Assembly: GCA_964194715.1 (NCBI GenBank)
Contig: CAXMNA010000011.1
Coordinates: 45,497-109,496 of the forward strand
Direction of reading: 5' to 3'
Length of the DNA stretch: 64,000 nt
DNA from: an uncultured Gammaproteobacteria bacterium
Lineage (GTDB): Bacteria; Pseudomonadota; Gammaproteobacteria; GCA-001735895
Within the stretch, counting starts at the first letter, position 1, and every line of letters starts with the position of its first letter. Position numbers and translations under genes: made by a program. The notes beneath the pieces are model-generated. The model was not told where the DNA came from. It was given only the letters and a program-made list of their open reading frames with translations, and did no database searches. Positions 1-8,395 of this stretch are shown one piece after another.

Positions 1-2
1 AA

Positions 3-734
3 TCGGCAACGACGTTGGAGCAGGCATGGCGTCAGGGTGCATTGAGTTATAATGCTGAATCGAAAATCCTGCCAATTGATGATCCCGGGCGTCCGCAACA
101 ACCGGAATTGGTTGATCCCAGAATGCTGGGGCGTCGTGGGGTCTCCACTAATAGTGGACGTATCTGTTTGCTGCATTCCTTTGCCCACATTGAATTCAAT
201 GCGATCAATATAGCACTTGATGCCGCCTACCGATTTCGTGATATGCCGGCGCAGTTTGTCAGTGACTGGTTACTGGTCGCAAGCGAGGAGGCCAGGCATT
301 TTCAGCTACTGGAACAGGAACTCAGACATCGTGGGAGCCACTACGGTGCCCATCATGCCCATCGAGGGCTTTGGGATATGATTTGTAAAACACGAAATAA
401 CGTATTGCATAGAATGGCTTTGGTGCCGCGTGTCATGGAGGCTCGAGGCTTGGATGTCACCCCGGGACTGATCGCGAAATTCAAACAAATCAATGATCAT
501 GCCGCGGTCGAATTACTGGAAGTTATATATCAGGATGAAATCAGGCATGTACGTATTGGAAACCACTGGTATTGCCGCCTTTGTGAGCAGCAGGGCCTCG
601 ATGCCGAGGATACATTTCGCGACTTGATTACACAGTACATGGATGGGAAACTGCGCGGCCCTTTTAATTGGCCAGCGCGTATCGATGCTGGCTTTCTGGC
701 TTCCGAACTTAGTGCCCTGGAACAGGATTTCTAG
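3..734 (+). CDS. ferritin-like di-iron protein, DUF455 family (5' end open to window edge)
   Basis: The track ORF 15..734 starts at a TTG, and the frame stays open back to nt 3. It has paired ExxH-type motifs (SEEARH, QDEIRH) typical of ferritin-like/DUF455 proteins. Confidence 0.6.
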   Translation, partial: SATTLEQAWRQGALSYNAESKILPIDDPGRPQQPELVDPRMLGRRGVSTNSGRICLLHSFAHIEFNAINIALDAAYRFRDMPAQFVSDWLLVASEEARHFQLLEQELRHRGSHYGAHHAHRGLWDMICKTRNNVLHRMALVPRVMEARGLDVTPGLIAKFKQINDHAAVELLEVIYQDEIRHVRIGNHWYCRLCEQQGLDAEDTFRDLITQYMDGKLRGPFNWPARIDAGFLASELSALEQDF

Positions 735-1450
735 ATTCTCGGATCGCTTAGATTGAATCCCTGCTCGCGATTCCAGCTCAGGTAACTGGGTTCTCGACTC
801 CAATCGCCGAGGACAATTCGGGAAAGATTGGTATCGTATTGATGCACCGCGGGCCGATGGGTATGGCCGTGAATAATAATGCTTGCCTCGTTATCACGGA
901 AACAATCTTGTACCGCTCGTGGATTAACATCCATAATTTCGAAGGATTTTTGTGTCATCGCATCGACACTTTCGGTGCGTAATTGGGCTGCAATACGCTG
1001 ACGCTCTGCGAGAGGTTTAGCCAGGAAGTCGGATTGCCATTTTGCCGTACGCACCATTGAACGAAATGCCTGATAATCGTGATCGTCCGTACAGAGGGTA
1101 TCGCCGTGGATCAAAACAATTCTGCTATTTTCGAGTTGCAGAATATGTGGTTCGTCCAGCAGTGTAATATTTGTCTCACGGGCGAATGCCTGTCCCAACA
1201 GAAAATCTCGATTCCCAGCCATAAAAAAAACTTCAACCTTGCCGGCCAGCTGTTGCAGTGATTTGATCACTCGACGATGCTCTGGTGCTGGATCATCATC
1301 GCCCAGCCACACTTCGAACAAGTCACCCAGGATAAAGAGAAAACGGGCCGCAGTTGCCCGATTCTCAAGAAAATCGGCAACTGCAGTGGTTACCTCTGGC
1401 CGGCTAGCATCGAGATGACAATCTGAAATGAACAGGAATTCATCGCTCAT
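731..1450 (-). CDS. lpxH: UDP-2,3-diacylglucosamine hydrolase
   Basis: 239-aa ORF with metallophosphoesterase motifs FISDCHL, ILGDLFEVWLGDDD and HGHTHRP. Length and layout match LpxH. Confidence 0.9.
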   Translation of the reverse strand: MSDEFLFISDCHLDASRPEVTTAVADFLENRATAARFLFILGDLFEVWLGDDDPAPEHRRVIKSLQQLAGKVEVFFMAGNRDFLLGQAFARETNITLLDEPHILQLENSRIVLIHGDTLCTDDHDYQAFRSMVRTAKWQSDFLAKPLAERQRIAAQLRTESVDAMTQKSFEIMDVNPRAVQDCFRDNEASIIIHGHTHRPAVHQYDTNLSRIVLGDWSREPSYLSWNREQGFNLSDPRI

Positions 1451-1465
1451 ACCGGTGAGCCGAGT

Positions 1466-2080
1466 TTACTGGCGACTGGCGCCGGTGATGGAAATGGTTT
1501 CGAGAGGTACATTCTGGTGGCCACCCTTGTTTCCGGTGGGAACCTGGGCAATTGCATCGATGATGTCCATGCCCTCGGTGACCTTACCGAATACTGCGTA
1601 GCCCCAGCCCTGCATCGACTCGCTGGTAAAATTCAGGAACGCGTTGTCGGCGTGGTTAATGAAAAACTGCGAAGTGGCGGAATGCGGATCGCCGGTGCGC
1701 GCCATTGCTAATGTGCCACGATCATTGTTAAGGCCATTGTTGGCTTCATTCTCAATAGGTGCCCGTTTGCTCGGCTTATCCTGCATATCAGCCATGATGC
1801 CGCCACCTTGAATCATGAAGTTCGGAATAACGCGGTGAAAGGTAGTGTCGACAAAGTAACCGTCATCTACGTAGGCCAGAAAATTCTCGCTGCTATTGGG
1901 TGCATTTTGCTTGTCTAGTTCAATTGTGATATTGCCCATGGAGGTTTCAATTAGCACGATTGGGTTGCCTGCGGTAGTTTCATTCATCGGTTTGTTACCT
2001 TTACTGTTAGGATAAATTACCAGGGATAGAATTGCTGCGAGCACGACCGCAATCGGAAGTAACATCTTTTTCATCAGCAT
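1466..2080 (-). CDS. ppiA: cyclophilin-type peptidyl-prolyl cis-trans isomerase with N-terminal signal/anchor
   Basis: A hydrophobic N-terminus ([17 protein letters not shown]) is followed by a cyclophilin core ([27 protein letters not shown]). Confidence 0.88.
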   Translation of the reverse strand: MLMKKMLLPIAVVLAAILSLVIYPNSKGNKPMNETTAGNPIVLIETSMGNITIELDKQNAPNSSENFLAYVDDGYFVDTTFHRVIPNFMIQGGGIMADMQDKPSKRAPIENEANNGLNNDRGTLAMARTGDPHSATSQFFINHADNAFLNFTSESMQGWGYAVFGKVTEGMDIIDAIAQVPTGNKGGHQNVPLETISITGASRQ

Positions 2081-2216
2081 TCCAGTTTATTGTGAGCCTG
2101 CGGATTCTACTGATTTGTCCGCGTTTATGGAAGCTGACGGGCAATTAACGGTTTCGCTGCGTGGGTGCATCTTTTAAACTCTACGACCTGATTCAAACAG
2201 CCAGTTAAAGCAAGCA

Positions 2217-3602
2217 ATGCTGACGATTTATAATAGTTTCACCAATAAAAAAGAAATTTTCGAACCCATCATTCCCGGTCAGGTACGGATGTATGTCTGC
2301 GGAATGACGGTTTACGATTATTGCCACATCGGTCATGCGCGTGTCCTGGTAGTGTTTGATGTTGTTTATCGTTTTTTGAAACACCTGGGGTTTGAAGTGA
2401 CCTATGTGCGTAATATCACTGATATTGACGACAAGATCATAAACCGAGCCCAGGAAAACGGTGAGGAATTTGATCATTTAACCGAACGTTTTATTCGGGC
2501 GATGCATGAGGACGCCGATGCACTGGGGGTATTACATCCCGTTTTGGAGCCGCGCGCTACCGATACCATCGAGCCGATACTGACGATGATTGAAAGCCTG
2601 CAGCAACAGGGTTATGCCTACCAGGCTGAAAATGGGGATGTTTATTTTTCGGTGTCGAAATTCGAAAATTACGGGCAATTGTCGGGCAAGAAAATCGACG
2701 AATTACGGGCCGGCGAACGTGTTGACGTCGATGAGGGCAAGAAAGATCCACTCGATTTCGTTTTGTGGAAATCAGCCAAGCCCGGGGAGCCCAGCTGGCC
2801 CTCCAGTTTTGGCGATGGAAGACCCGGTTGGCATATCGAATGCTCGGCGATGTCGAATAGCCTGCTGGGTAATCATTTTGATATCCATGGCGGAGGACAG
2901 GATTTACAGTTTCCGCATCACGAAAACGAAATCGCACAAAGCGAATCCTGTAATGGCGAAAAGTTCGTGAACTTCTGGATGCATAACGGATTCGTTCGGG
3001 TAAACGAAGAAAAAATGTCCAAGTCACTGGGCAACTTTTTTGTACTGCGAGAGGTTCTCGAGCGCTTTCGAGCAGAGGAAATCCGATACTTTCTGATTAG
3101 TAGCCACTATCGAAGCCAGCTCAATTACTCCGAAGAGCAACTCGATAATTCGCGTACCGCCCTGCAACGACTTTATGCTGCTTTGCAGGACATGAAAGCA
3201 GTCGAGATACCTGTGAATAGTGAATACCAACTACGCTTTGAGCGGGCGCTAAATGATGACTTTAATACCGCTATTGCGGTTGCAGTACTGTTTGACCTGG
3301 CGCGTGATATTAATCGAGCCAAGACTGAGCAACGAGACGAGCAACATGGTTTAGCAAGCTTGTTGCGTTACCTTGGCGGCATAATTGGTTTGTTGCAAGC
3401 TGACGCCGAAAGCTTCCTTAAATCGAAAGCGGGGCAGGGTAGCGGATTGAGCGATGCCGCAATCGACGAACTTATCGAACAACGATTGCAGGCTCGAACC
3501 AATAAAGACTGGGCTAACGCTGATCGTATACGCGATGAGTTAGAAGCGGCCGGTATCGTCATCGAAGATGGCGCCGAAGGAACTCGGTGGCGGCGCAGAT
3601 AG
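2217..3602 (+). CDS. cysS: cysteinyl-tRNA synthetase
   Basis: 461 aa with the class I HIGH motif (CHIGHAR) and the KMSKS motif (KMSKSLGN). Overall CysS layout. Confidence 0.95.
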   Translation: MLTIYNSFTNKKEIFEPIIPGQVRMYVCGMTVYDYCHIGHARVLVVFDVVYRFLKHLGFEVTYVRNITDIDDKIINRAQENGEEFDHLTERFIRAMHEDADALGVLHPVLEPRATDTIEPILTMIESLQQQGYAYQAENGDVYFSVSKFENYGQLSGKKIDELRAGERVDVDEGKKDPLDFVLWKSAKPGEPSWPSSFGDGRPGWHIECSAMSNSLLGNHFDIHGGGQDLQFPHHENEIAQSESCNGEKFVNFWMHNGFVRVNEEKMSKSLGNFFVLREVLERFRAEEIRYFLISSHYRSQLNYSEEQLDNSRTALQRLYAALQDMKAVEIPVNSEYQLRFERALNDDFNTAIAVAVLFDLARDINRAKTEQRDEQHGLASLLRYLGGIIGLLQADAESFLKSKAGQGSGLSDAAIDELIEQRLQARTNKDWANADRIRDELEAAGIVIEDGAEGTRWRRR

Positions 3603-3659
3603 AATTGCAAACTGATCTTGAAAATGCGACTAAATGATTGAATATAAATGACTATTCGA

Positions 3660-3688
3660 TTGACGATTATTTTTGATCAGCGTATGAT
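3660..3688 (+). promoter_or_regulatory. sigma70-type promoter of the tRNA operon
   Basis: TTGACG (3660-3665), a 17-nt spacer, then TATGAT (3683-3688). It is preceded by AT-rich UP-like sequence and followed by a GC-rich discriminator (CGCGCC), as in stringently controlled stable-RNA promoters. Confidence 0.55.
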
Positions 3689-3708
3689 TTCGCGCCTTGC
3701 CACCCGAT

Positions 3709-3746
3709 GCTAAAGCGTCGGGGTGACGCTAAAGCGTCGGGGTGAC
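3709..3746 (+). repeat. perfect tandem duplication of a 19-mer in the tRNA operon leader
   Basis: GCTAAAGCGTCGGGGTGAC occurs at 3709-3727 and again at 3728-3746, followed by a degenerate third copy (GTCAAAGGCGTCAAGGTGGC). Confidence 0.9.
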
Positions 3747-3791
3747 GTCAAAGGCGTCAAGGTGGCGCAAATTGCGCCAAACGGCAAAATT

Positions 3792-3868
3792 CGGGGTGTA
3801 GCGCAGCCTGGTAGCGCAACTGCTTTGGGAGCAGTGGGTCGGGAGTTCGAATCTCTCCACCCCGACCA
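3792..3868 (+). tRNA. tRNA-Pro (anticodon UGG)
   Basis: Acceptor stem CGGGGTG/CACCCCG, anticodon loop TTTGGGA, T-loop GGTTCGAATCT-like (GAGTTCGAATCTC), and an encoded CCA. Confidence 0.93.
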
Positions 3869-3983
3869 AATTGAATCCAGCGGCCTGTTCGCAGACTCTG
3901 GAAACCGGTAAGATCGAGTCCTTGAGATCACATAGGAAGTGAATTGTTGAGTATCTGAAGTGGATGCTCTGATTTGGAAAGGA

Positions 3984-4131
3984 GGATGCCTTTATTAGTT
4001 AGGATTTTTCCTCGAGTGCAAGGAGGCGACGCGCGCAGAATCGCAGCGTATATGAACATACGTGAGAATTCGGCGCTCCGGCACGTCGCCGACGCGGCAA
4101 TCGTGGAAAAAGACAACTAATAAAGGTATCC
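3984..4131 (+). other. ~148-nt extended imperfect hairpin in the tRNA-Pro/tRNA-Arg spacer
   Basis: Outer arms are 3984-4011 (GGATGCCTTTATTAGTTAGGATTTTTCC) and 4105-4131 (GGAAAAAGACAACTAATAAAGGTATCC). Inner helices are GGCGACG/CGTCGCC, GAAT/ATTC and CGTAT/ATACG. The element ends 3 nt before tRNA-Arg. Confidence 0.6.
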
Positions 4132-4134
4132 GAA

Positions 4135-4211
4135 GCGCCCGTAGCTCATTTGGATAGAGCATCGGCCTTCTAAGCCGAGGGTAGCAGGTTCGAATCCTGC
4201 CGGGCGTGCCA
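4135..4211 (+). tRNA. tRNA-Arg (anticodon UCU)
   Basis: Acceptor GCGCCCG/CGGGCGT, anticodon stem TCGGC/GCCGA with loop CTTCTAA, T-arm GCAGGTTCGAATCCTGC, and CCA. Confidence 0.93.
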
Positions 4212-4217
4212 TTTTAT

Positions 4218-4294
4218 GGTGGGCATAGCTCAGTTGGTAGAGTACAAGATTGTGATTCTTGTTGTCACGGGTTCGATCCCCGTTGTCCACCCCA
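4218..4294 (+). tRNA. tRNA-His (anticodon GUG)
   Basis: Extra 5' G typical of tRNA-His, anticodon loop TTGTGAT, T-arm CGGGTTCGATCCCCG, and CCA. Confidence 0.92.
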
Positions 4295-4390
4295 TATTCA
4301 GGGCGTCTGCGAGCAGACGCCCATGTTACTGGTCAACCATTCACTGATATATTCACGGAATGGCCGTACGATCAGGGATTGAAAACTTCT

Positions 4391-4475
4391 GCGAAAGTGG
4401 CGGAATTGGTAGACGCGCCAGATTTAGGTTCTGGTATCTTTTGATGTGAGAGTTCGAGTCTCTCCTTTCGCACCA
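4391..4475 (+). tRNA. tRNA-Leu (anticodon UAG), class II with long variable arm
   Basis: Acceptor GCGAAAG/CTTTCGC, anticodon stem CCAGA/TCTGG with loop TTTAGGT, a long variable arm, T-arm GAGAGTTCGAGTCTCTC, and CCA. Confidence 0.92.
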
Positions 4476-4521
4476 TCTTAAGTGCTGCGGCGATGTAATC
4501 TGCGTGCAGTTCGATTTAAAC

Positions 4522-4551
4522 GCCCGGTTTTGCAAACAACCGGGCTTTTTT
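4522..4551 (+). terminator. Rho-independent terminator of the tRNA operon
   Basis: 8-bp stem GCCCGGTT/AACCGGGC with an 8-nt loop, followed by T6. Confidence 0.75.
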
Positions 4552-4763
4552 ATTGATCCTTTTTTGGGATCGCGAGGTAAGACCTGTTTCCGCTACCGAC
4601 AGCTTTTTACTCGATCCAGATAAGTCACCAATCACTACCGGTTTATTTAGTACTGGTAATGTCAAGGGAATGGGTAAAGCAGAGCCGGTGATCTTGGCTT
4701 CCAGCCAGGCTAAGAGCTGGTATTGAAAGATAAAATGCAGTTTAAAACTGGTGTAAAAATTGG

Positions 4764-4792
4764 CTGACAACTTGTATTGACGTGGGTATAAT
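4764..4792 (+). promoter_or_regulatory. candidate sigma70 promoter of tig
   Basis: CTGACA (4764-4769), a 17-nt spacer, then TATAAT (4787-4792), about 120 nt upstream of the tig ATG. Confidence 0.45.
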
Positions 4793-4913
4793 CCGCGCCA
4801 CTTTGGGACATCGCTCACTCCGAGTGTCGCAGCACTTTCTCCAGCATTAGCACACTTAGTTCGACCGGTCGTAAATTACAACTATTTCTCTGCAAGAATC
4901 ACGAGATTTTGAC

Positions 4914-6218
4914 ATGCAAGTATCAATCGAAACCCTTGAAGGACTGGAACGCAGAATGACGGTTCAAATCCCGTCAGATCGCGTCAGCGAAGCTGTAGAA
5001 AAGAAACTTAAGGATTTGAGTAAAACAGTCCGTATCGACGGTTTTCGACCGGGAAAAGTGCCACTGAAGGTGGTGCAGCAGAAATTCGGTGGCCACGTTC
5101 GCCAGGAAGTCATCGGTGATGTCATCGAATCTAGTTACCAGGAAGCCCTGATCCAGGAAAAGGTGCGTCCCGCGGGTATGCCAAGCATCGATTCGGTTAA
5201 TACGGAAGAAAAAGAGGACATGTCTTATACCGCCACCTTTGAAGTTTACCCCGAGGTTGAGGCGCTAGAACTAGAATCCATCGAGGTCGAAAAACCGAAG
5301 GTAGAAATTACAGATAAAGATTTTGATGCAATGCTGCAAAAATTGCGCGAACAGCGCAAAACCTGGAAGGAAACCAAAACTGCGGCGAAGAAGGGATACC
5401 AGGTTATGGTTGATTTTGAAGGTCGTATCGACGGTGAGTTGTTCGAAGGTGGCGCCGGCAAGGATATGCCCATAGAAATTGGTGCTGGACAGATGCTGGC
5501 AGAATTTGAAGCCGGACTAGAGGGTATTAAAGCGACCGAACAGAGAACTGTCGAAGTCAATTTCCCCGATGATTATCATGGCGCTGATGTCGCCGGCAAG
5601 AAAGCTGAGTTTACGCTTAAGGCAACCCAAGTTTCGAAGCCGGAACTGCCCGAACTTGACGAAGAATTTGCGCAGGGATTTGGCGTTTCGGACGGCGACC
5701 TGGAAAAAATGCGTGCTGATATTCGAGCGAATATGGAAAAGGAGAAGAACGACCGTCTCAAACTGGATATAAAAAACAAAGTAATGAGCGGCCTGCTCGA
5801 ACACAACGAAATTATCGCGCCAAGTGCCATGGTTGCCGAAGAGATTAATAAACTGCGTGCCCAAGCTGCGCAACGTATGGGCCAGGATTCTGAGTCGATC
5901 GACGAAACGAGTTTTCCGAACGAACTGTTCAGCGCGGAAGCTACCCGGCGGGTACAGCTTGGGCTGCTTATTGCGGAAGTGATTAAATATGAAAAAATCG
6001 AGTTAAATCAAGAACTTGTAGAATCAGCTATTGAGGAAATGGCGGTCGCGTACGAACAGCCAGATCAGGTGCGTGACTATTATCGACATAATCAGCAGGC
6101 ACGCTCGGGAGTTGAGGGCATGGTGCTTGAAGATCAGGTGGTCACCCATATATTGGAGAAAGCCAAGGTTACCGAAAAAGAAGCCAGCTTCGACGACTTG
6201 ATGAATGACAATCTCTAA
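4914..6218 (+). CDS. tig: trigger factor
   Basis: 434 aa with the N-terminal ribosome-binding signature GFRPGKVP. Conserved tig-clpP-clpX-lon context. Confidence 0.95.
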   Translation: MQVSIETLEGLERRMTVQIPSDRVSEAVEKKLKDLSKTVRIDGFRPGKVPLKVVQQKFGGHVRQEVIGDVIESSYQEALIQEKVRPAGMPSIDSVNTEEKEDMSYTATFEVYPEVEALELESIEVEKPKVEITDKDFDAMLQKLREQRKTWKETKTAAKKGYQVMVDFEGRIDGELFEGGAGKDMPIEIGAGQMLAEFEAGLEGIKATEQRTVEVNFPDDYHGADVAGKKAEFTLKATQVSKPELPELDEEFAQGFGVSDGDLEKMRADIRANMEKEKNDRLKLDIKNKVMSGLLEHNEIIAPSAMVAEEINKLRAQAAQRMGQDSESIDETSFPNELFSAEATRRVQLGLLIAEVIKYEKIELNQELVESAIEEMAVAYEQPDQVRDYYRHNQQARSGVEGMVLEDQVVTHILEKAKVTEKEASFDDLMNDNL

Positions 6219-6242
6219 ATACACATTAATCTCGGACGTTCT

Positions 6243-6917
6243 ATGAAAGACAAACTCAACAGCGCCAGCATAATCTCGATAATGCCTGATTACCTGGATA
6301 CCCAGGGCAACCTGGTACCGATGGTCGTAGAGCAATCCGCACGTGGTGAGCGTGCCTACGATATTTATTCTCGATTACTCAAGGAGCGCGTCATTTTCGT
6401 GGTAGGTCCAATCGAGGATCAGATGGCTAACTTGATAGTGGCCCAGTTACTGTTTCTGGAATCCGAGAATCCCGACAAGGATATATCGCTCTACATCAAT
6501 AGCCCGGGTGGTTCGGTTACTGCGGGTCTCGCAATTTACGATACCATGCAATTTATCAAACCCGACGTAAGTACACTTTGTACGGGTCAGGCGGCCAGTA
6601 TGGGGGCAATTCTACTAGCGGGTGGAAGTGCTGAAAAACGATACGGCCTGCCTCACTCGCGGGTTATGATTCATCAACCGCTAGGAGGTTTCCAGGGGCA
6701 GGCGTCGGATTTCGAGATCCATGCAAAGGAGATTATGGCAGTCAAGTCAAGGCTTAACAAACTGCTTGCACATCATACCGGGAAGAAAGAGAAGGAAATC
6801 GATCAGGACACCGAACGGGATAATTTCATGAGCGCAGACGAGTCGGTGGACTATGGGATTATCGATCAAGTTTTGGCTTCTCGTGCCGACCCAGATGAGA
6901 AAGGCGCCACAGAATAG
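6243..6917 (+). CDS. clpP: ATP-dependent Clp protease proteolytic subunit
   Basis: Contains [29 protein letters not shown] and the catalytic Ser context GQAASMGA. The start is uncertain (ATG 6243 or ATG 6282). Confidence 0.93.
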   Translation: MKDKLNSASIISIMPDYLDTQGNLVPMVVEQSARGERAYDIYSRLLKERVIFVVGPIEDQMANLIVAQLLFLESENPDKDISLYINSPGGSVTAGLAIYDTMQFIKPDVSTLCTGQAASMGAILLAGGSAEKRYGLPHSRVMIHQPLGGFQGQASDFEIHAKEIMAVKSRLNKLLAHHTGKKEKEIDQDTERDNFMSADESVDYGIIDQVLASRADPDEKGATE

Positions 6918-7034
6918 GTATTCTTCTGCGTTTTATCTGTGAAACGCTGATCAAAAAGCGTTATTTTCGGTTGTGCTCGGCGGTTTGGTCTAATATTATC
7001 GAGACGATCGGGTGCTAAAATTCGGTAGTTTTGT

Positions 7035-8309
7035 ATGAGTGACGAAAGATCCAAGAATAAGGACGAAAAGCTGCTTTATTGCTCGTTTTGCGGCAAAAGC
7101 CAGCATGAGGTGAGAAAACTGATCGCAGGTCCGTCGGTTTTCATCTGCGACGAGTGCGTGGATCTCTGCAACGATATCATTCGTGAAGAAATCCACGAAA
7201 ATGGCGAGGATGCTGAAAGTAAACTTCCCATCCCCCATGAAATCTTTAAAGTCCTCGATGAATACGTCATTGGCCAGGGTCGCGCCAAGAAAGTTCTTGC
7301 GGTAGCGGTCTACAATCACTACAAACGTCTTGAAGTGGGCCATATCAAAGACGATATCGAGCTTTCCAAGAGTAATATCCTGTTAATCGGGCCAACTGGT
7401 TGCGGAAAAACCCTGCTTGCCGAGACTCTCGCACGACTGCTTAATGTGCCGTTTGCAATCGCCGATGCCACGACGCTTACCGAGGCCGGCTACGTCGGCG
7501 AGGATGTGGAAAACATCATTCAGAAATTATTACAAAAATGTGACTACGATGTTGAAAAGGCGCAGACGGGAATTGTTTACATCGACGAAATCGACAAGAT
7601 TTCACGCAAGTCGGATAATCCTTCGATCACGCGAGACGTATCAGGGGAGGGCGTGCAGCAGGCATTGTTGAAGCTCATTGAAGGTACCGTCGCATCGGTG
7701 CCGCCGCAAGGTGGTAGAAAGCATCCCCAGCAGGAATTCCTACAGGTCGATACCGGCAAGATACTGTTCATTTGCGGTGGTGCATTTGCCGGGCTGGACA
7801 AGGTCATACTAAACCGATCTGAAAAAGGCGGTATAGGCTTTGGCGCCGATGTAAAAAGCAAAGATAAGAAAGACCTGTTCGGTGAAGTCATCGGCAAGGT
7901 TGAGCCCGAGGATTTGATAAAATATGGGTTGATCCCCGAGTTTGTTGGGCGCTTACCGGTGGTGGCCACGCTCGAGGAGCTAGATGAAGAAGCGTTGGTG
8001 AAGATTCTGACCGAACCCAAGAACGCAATCACCAAACAATATCAGAAAATGTTCGAAATCGAAGGCTGCGAGATCGAATTTCGACCGGATTCACTTAACG
8101 CAGTCGCGAAGAAAGCAATGGCGCGCAAGACTGGCGCACGCGGCTTGCGCACCATACTCGAAAATACCCTACTGGAAATCATGTACGATTTACCGGCAAT
8201 GGAGAATGTCAGCAAGGTAGTGGTGGATGCAGCGGTAATCGAGGGTCATGCCCAGCCCTATGTAATCTACGAGGGTGGAGAAATGCAGCGCGTGGCTTCT
8301 GACGAGTAA
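7035..8309 (+). CDS. clpX: ATP-dependent Clp protease ATP-binding subunit ClpX
   Basis: N-terminal C4 zinc ribbon (CSFCGK...CDEC) and Walker A GPTGCGKT; 424 aa. Confidence 0.96.
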   Translation: MSDERSKNKDEKLLYCSFCGKSQHEVRKLIAGPSVFICDECVDLCNDIIREEIHENGEDAESKLPIPHEIFKVLDEYVIGQGRAKKVLAVAVYNHYKRLEVGHIKDDIELSKSNILLIGPTGCGKTLLAETLARLLNVPFAIADATTLTEAGYVGEDVENIIQKLLQKCDYDVEKAQTGIVYIDEIDKISRKSDNPSITRDVSGEGVQQALLKLIEGTVASVPPQGGRKHPQQEFLQVDTGKILFICGGAFAGLDKVILNRSEKGGIGFGADVKSKDKKDLFGEVIGKVEPEDLIKYGLIPEFVGRLPVVATLEELDEEALVKILTEPKNAITKQYQKMFEIEGCEIEFRPDSLNAVAKKAMARKTGARGLRTILENTLLEIMYDLPAMENVSKVVVDAAVIEGHAQPYVIYEGGEMQRVASDE

Positions 8310-8339
8310 GTTTTAGCCCAGGCTTGAGCCGGAGCCGGG

Positions 8340-8367
8340 TTGAAAACCGATCATAAACACCTATATA
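8340..8367 (+). promoter_or_regulatory. candidate sigma32 (heat-shock) promoter of lon
   Basis: TTGAAA (8340-8345), a 14-nt spacer, then CCTATATA (8360-8367). This resembles the CTTGAAA-N13-15-CCCCATnT consensus. Confidence 0.4.
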
Positions 8368-8395
8368 GACCCGAGAACCAAGCTTCGAGGCATTT

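Noticed and set aside
3709-3746. I considered the direct repeats as a possible CRISPR array.
   Set aside because: There are only two contiguous 19-nt copies with no spacers and no cas genes. It is a simple tandem duplication.
3710-3931. ORFs on both strands overlapping tRNA-Pro (3723..3911 +, 3710..3931 -), and ORFs over tRNA-His and tRNA-Leu (4259..4444 +, 4353..4535 -).
   Set aside because: They run straight through the tRNA genes and are artefacts of six-frame translation.
4516-4818. 100-aa minus-strand ORF between the tRNA operon and tig.
   Set aside because: It spans the tRNA terminator and the predicted tig promoter. It has no motif and no RBS, and is most likely non-coding.
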